Of a stretch of DNA of 64,000 bases, positions 60,235-64,000 are shown piece by piece (positions within the stretch are counted from its first letter, which is position 1; every line of letters starts with the position of its first letter). The notes beneath the pieces were generated by a model. The model was not told the origin of the DNA. It saw only the letters and a list, made by a program, of their open reading frames with translations, and did no database searches. Origin of the DNA: an uncultured virus (IMG/VR IMGVR_UViG_3300013901_000016) (Duplodnaviria; Heunggongvirae; Uroviricota; Caudoviricetes; Crassvirales). The stretch lies in the IMG/VR virus record IMGVR_UViG_3300013901_000016. One strand, given 5' to 3'. A program made the translations under genes and the position numbers.

Positions 60235-63200
60235 TCAATGCTCTCCTACCACTTTATTACGGATGGCGGTCTTCGCCTTAAGTTTCTCGCGCTCATATGC
60301 AGCATCGTCCTTTTGCTTCTGTAGCTCCATTTCGTGCTTCATCTTATCCTTCTCGAGCTGTACCTTCTAATCCTCAATCTCACGCTTCTACTTAGCTTCG
60401 TAGCGCTTATTATAAGCTTCCTGGTTAACCTTTTGCTGTTCGATAGCTTGTTTACCGATCTCAATTGGGTCTGGGATTCCGTTGTTATCCTGATCCATCT
60501 CTTCTGTACCACGATAAGCATTAATCTGAGCTACGGCTATCTTAGTCTGGTTATCTTGATCAATCTGATATCTCTGAAGATCCATCTGAGCTTCCTGTAA
60601 CATAAGCTCTTGCTGCTTAGCCTCATTCTGCATCTGCTGTAACTGCTGTTGCTGTTGAGCCTCTGCCTCCTGCTGCTGTTGTTGCATCTGCTCCTGTCTG
60701 GTCTACATATCCTTAAGCTTCTGCTTAATGATATTAAAGTTATCGTTTGTAAGAATCTCGGCTGCCTCAAGTAAACTAGCACCATTCTGCATTGCAGGTT
60801 GTATAAGCTGTTGGAGCTTCTGTATGTTCTCAAGATCTTTAGAAGTATCGCTTACAAATACATCCATATCTTCATAGTAGAACTTAGGTGTAATATCAAG
60901 GAACGCTCTCTCTCCATTATCGAAAATGTATTGAAGCTTTTGTTTACCGGTGTCTTCCCAAGCTCCCTTAGCTGTATTAAGCAGCATATTAAGTACTCTA
61001 CGCTTACACTAATTATGTACCCAGAATAAAGGTTCTGTAATATGAGAACTCTGTACTACTGATCTCTCTACATTGCCTACCATCTCAGATGAGCTTACAG
61101 CACCTTCGCGTTGCTGAGTAATACCAGAAATTGTACCAGCGAGCTCTTCTATCTTATCCATAAGCTGAATATACTCAGCAATCACATTGGACATTGTAAG
61201 ATCCAACGCTGTAATCTGGTTAAACTGAGCAGGCTTACCGCCCTCTCTTCCAGGAATACAGTTATGAACTATTGTCATATCAGAGAGTAAGAATTCATGC
61301 TTTGAATCATCAATAGCAAATCCATAATATTCTCCTCTACCGGCATATTCTATTTTGAAATGCGAATAGTTCTTATTGTATACTCTACCCTATGTAAAAT
61401 GAAATTTCTTTCTTTCTATTTTTGTAGGTATATCATAGTTTCCGTCAAATATTCTAGCTTTATAGAAAGGTTCAGAAATAGTTATGGTTTTATTTTTATA
61501 TATCTTCCTAACAACTGATTTTTTTCTCTTTACAGATACTCTATATCCTAATTTCCTCGCTAAGTCAACGAATAAATCAAATATATCTTTATGTGATTCA
61601 CATTGTGTAAACTCTACATATCCTTTATGATTTCCGTTTCCTTTAAACACGCTTCCATCAGTATCTATTAATCCTGCTAAGAAGTTTAAAGCATCATCAA
61701 TATTATCTATATGTAAACCGCTCACTTCTTTGTTATCATATACGCCGAAATACCTAAGATCTTCTATAAACGGATTCAAGAAAACCTATCCTTTCTTTTT
61801 GTTGTTAGCAGAACTAAGTCTAATTGTTATTGATCTACTACCATCCCTATGTCTATAAGAACATCTTAATCCGTGTGTGCAAGCATAATCTTCAAGATAT
61901 TGTATTATTTCTGGATCCATAGATTCGAGCTCAGGTGTATTCTTTGTGCCGTCTCCAAGCCAAAGCCCAAGCAGATACATATCTCTTCCACCAAATTTAC
62001 TAGGTTCCTTAGGATCGAAGAAATTATCCTCTCTTTCAAGGAAGCATCTCTGTGCGTAATACTTGTTTTGCTTAAATTTAAGCATAAGGTCTTTAGCTTT
62101 ATCTACTCTTACTTCAGAATCAGAGTGTCCATTTATTCTATATCTGTATCTGACTAAGTGATCGGCTGTAACTTTCTGTATATCGGATCCTATAGATGGT
62201 ATTATATTATACATCTCATCTTCTCCGTGGAAAAGATTTGTAACCTAAGTCAAATGATGTCCAGGAGTATATACAAACTATCCTAACTTAATATCCTTCA
62301 TCTTAGTATTACCACCAGGTGTGGCTACAAGAGTTTCTGGATCAAAACACCAACCCTCCTCATATGGATTAATGAAGTTAACACCTACACTTGATAAATA
62401 GTGCATCCACTTAGCTGGACTAATACTCATAGACTTAGGTATCTGAGTAATATCCATATTAATAACCTTACCTTTATCTCTAGCGATAGCTAACTCAAGT
62501 CTATACCACAGTACGATATACATATATTGTAAAGGTTTGAGAATACTTACAAGAGATCTAGGCTTACTATTAGTGTTACTATATATAGCGCCACAGTATG
62601 GAAGTTTCTAGCTATTAGGACTGTCTATACTTACGTGCTGATATTCGATAGGCTGTATGCCAAAGTATAGATCACTACCAGCTCTATATCCTTCCCATAC
62701 TTCTACAATCCAGTCTGGTTCTACACTAATTTCTGTACCTACAGGCTGATATGTTTCGTCAACAATGTTAATCTAAGGCTGCCCAGTTTCATCAGCCGTA
62801 GTAACGTAATAGATCTTCTTAAAAGATTTCCAACAACAATGCCAAACGTTTACCAAAGACTTACCAGCGCCTTCAAATATAGGATTATCATATATTCGTA
62901 ATTGAATACCCATGTCAACAGGGCTTCTGTCTCCAAGGTTTCTACCAGGAGTAGAACCAATTAACTCTTCAAGTTTGTCAAGGTCTTTCTCCTCAAGCTT
63001 ATCAAAGTATCTGTCATATACTTCAGTGATTGGCATTCTCATCTTTCTGCAGCACCATGAACCATCCTCAATAAACTCCAAGTCTGGGCTCTTGTCGTAA
63101 GAGAAATATATAGGATTAACTCTTTCGACATATGGCTCTGCATTAAGTACGCCAACATAGTAAATTTCTCTACCTGAGATCAATCCGTCTTTCCAGCCCT

Positions 63201-63795
63201 TGATGAACTCATTATCAAGATCAAGTTTCTCTCTAAGGTATGTAAGAGTATGATACGCTGTATTTTCAATAATATCTTTGTAATCCTTATCCATGTACTT
63301 AGCTATGGCCTCTGGTGGCATAACCTCACCAGACTATAACTATTCTTGGAACTACTGAGCCTCTTCTGGGCTCATTCTAGCTGTGATAGCTGCTTCAATA
63401 TATTGTAGAATCATCTACTTTTCTTTCTCCTGCATTTCAGATGTAGCCTCCTGAGAAGTTCTAATAACTCTAAAGTTAAGAGGTCTCTTTGTCTCCTCGC
63501 CTATAAGCAAATCTACTTTAGGCCTAATAATATTAAAGTCGTGAGGAGTAGCAGGAAAACCATCCTCGACCTTGAATGGGTTTGTAATTGATTTAAAATC
63601 CTTCTCGTCGAAGATGCTGTTATATAAATTATAATAGGTCTACAGCTCTCCGTAGTATGATGTGCTGTTTCCTCCAGACGTTACGTTACCTTCACCTATA
63701 ATATAGTTAACGCAATCCTATTGCCATTTCTTTCCTTTCTATGAAAGTGGCAACTTTTGTCTAGGGAAAGCTGAATTGTATAAATTATCTTCCAT
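60235..63795 (-). CDS. Portal protein (~1186 aa precursor including a 363-aa intein, TAG=Gln)
   Basis: Begins MEDNLYNSAFPRQKLP and has FNIIRPKVDLLIGE, LKPLQYMYIVLWYRLELAIARDKG and a Gln-rich C-terminus. Directly follows TerL. Confidence 0.85.
61261..62349 (-). mobile_element. Intein with LAGLIDADG endonuclease in the portal
   Basis: Starts CFDPETLV, has block B VTADHLV, LLGLWLGDG and FLAGLIDTDG, and ends YYGFAID..HEFLLSDMTIVHN followed by Cys+1. Confidence 0.92.
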
Positions 63796-63798
63796 GTA

Positions 63799-64000
63799 TT
63801 AAAATGTGAATATCGGTATACCGTCTCCACTTGTGCTGTTATCTTCCTCAAACCATTGTTTACTAAATAACGGCATCTCGAAGAGTTCAACCTATTTATT
63901 TTGTTCTTTAGCAGACTAAACCTTAAGCTAATATAATTCTTCTCTATATATCATAACCATACATAGAGCAATTAAGCGGTCAACGTTCTTTACTCCATCA
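63799..64000 (-). CDS. terL: Terminase large subunit, C-terminal end (partial, TAG=Gln)
   Basis: KNVDRLIALCMVM (nuclease C-terminal D-R-x-x-A motif) immediately upstream of the portal. Three in-frame TAG, ends in TAA. Confidence 0.7.

Noticed and set aside
10326..63100. Numerous short + strand ORFs in the track (for example 48553..49146 and 54348..55214)
   Set aside because: They are antisense shadows of the long - strand genes with no recognisable motifs.
9980..64000. Mass pseudogenisation or sequencing errors as the explanation for fragmented ORFs
   Set aside because: The breaks are TAG only, frames are preserved and conserved motifs span them.
1..64000. CRISPR array, rRNA or integrase
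   Set aside because: No regularly spaced repeats or matching motifs were seen.

Overview
About 64 kb of a crAss-like phage genome (order Crassvirales, probably with a Bacteroidota host) organised as two convergent blocks. The + strand block (1-9955) is a replication module readable in the standard code: family B DNA polymerase, DnaB helicase, AAA ATPases, SSB-like protein, primase and PD-(D/E)XK nucleases. It also holds a structured intergenic RNA region (5363-5847) with two tRNA-like folds and three similar pseudoknots. The - strand block (9980-64000) is the virion, ejection and lysis module. It looks shattered in the ORF track because TAG is read as glutamine (translation table 15). With TAG as sense, the fragments join into tightly packed genes ending in TAA/TGA: TerL 3' end, portal, cargo proteins, scaffold, major capsid protein, tail rings, fibres, lysis cassette, muzzle protein, a ~5660-codon virion RNA polymerase polyprotein carrying an SF1 helicase, and a ~1830-codon ejection protein. 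Three self-splicing elements interrupt essential genes: a group I intron (LAGLIDADG ORF) inside the RNA polymerase catalytic DFDID motif, a group I intron (HNH ORF) in the major capsid gene, and a LAGLIDADG intein in the portal. Recoded gene boundaries were derived by hand from frame arithmetic and spot translation, not every codon of the longest genes was checked, and product names rest on motifs and gene order without database searches.
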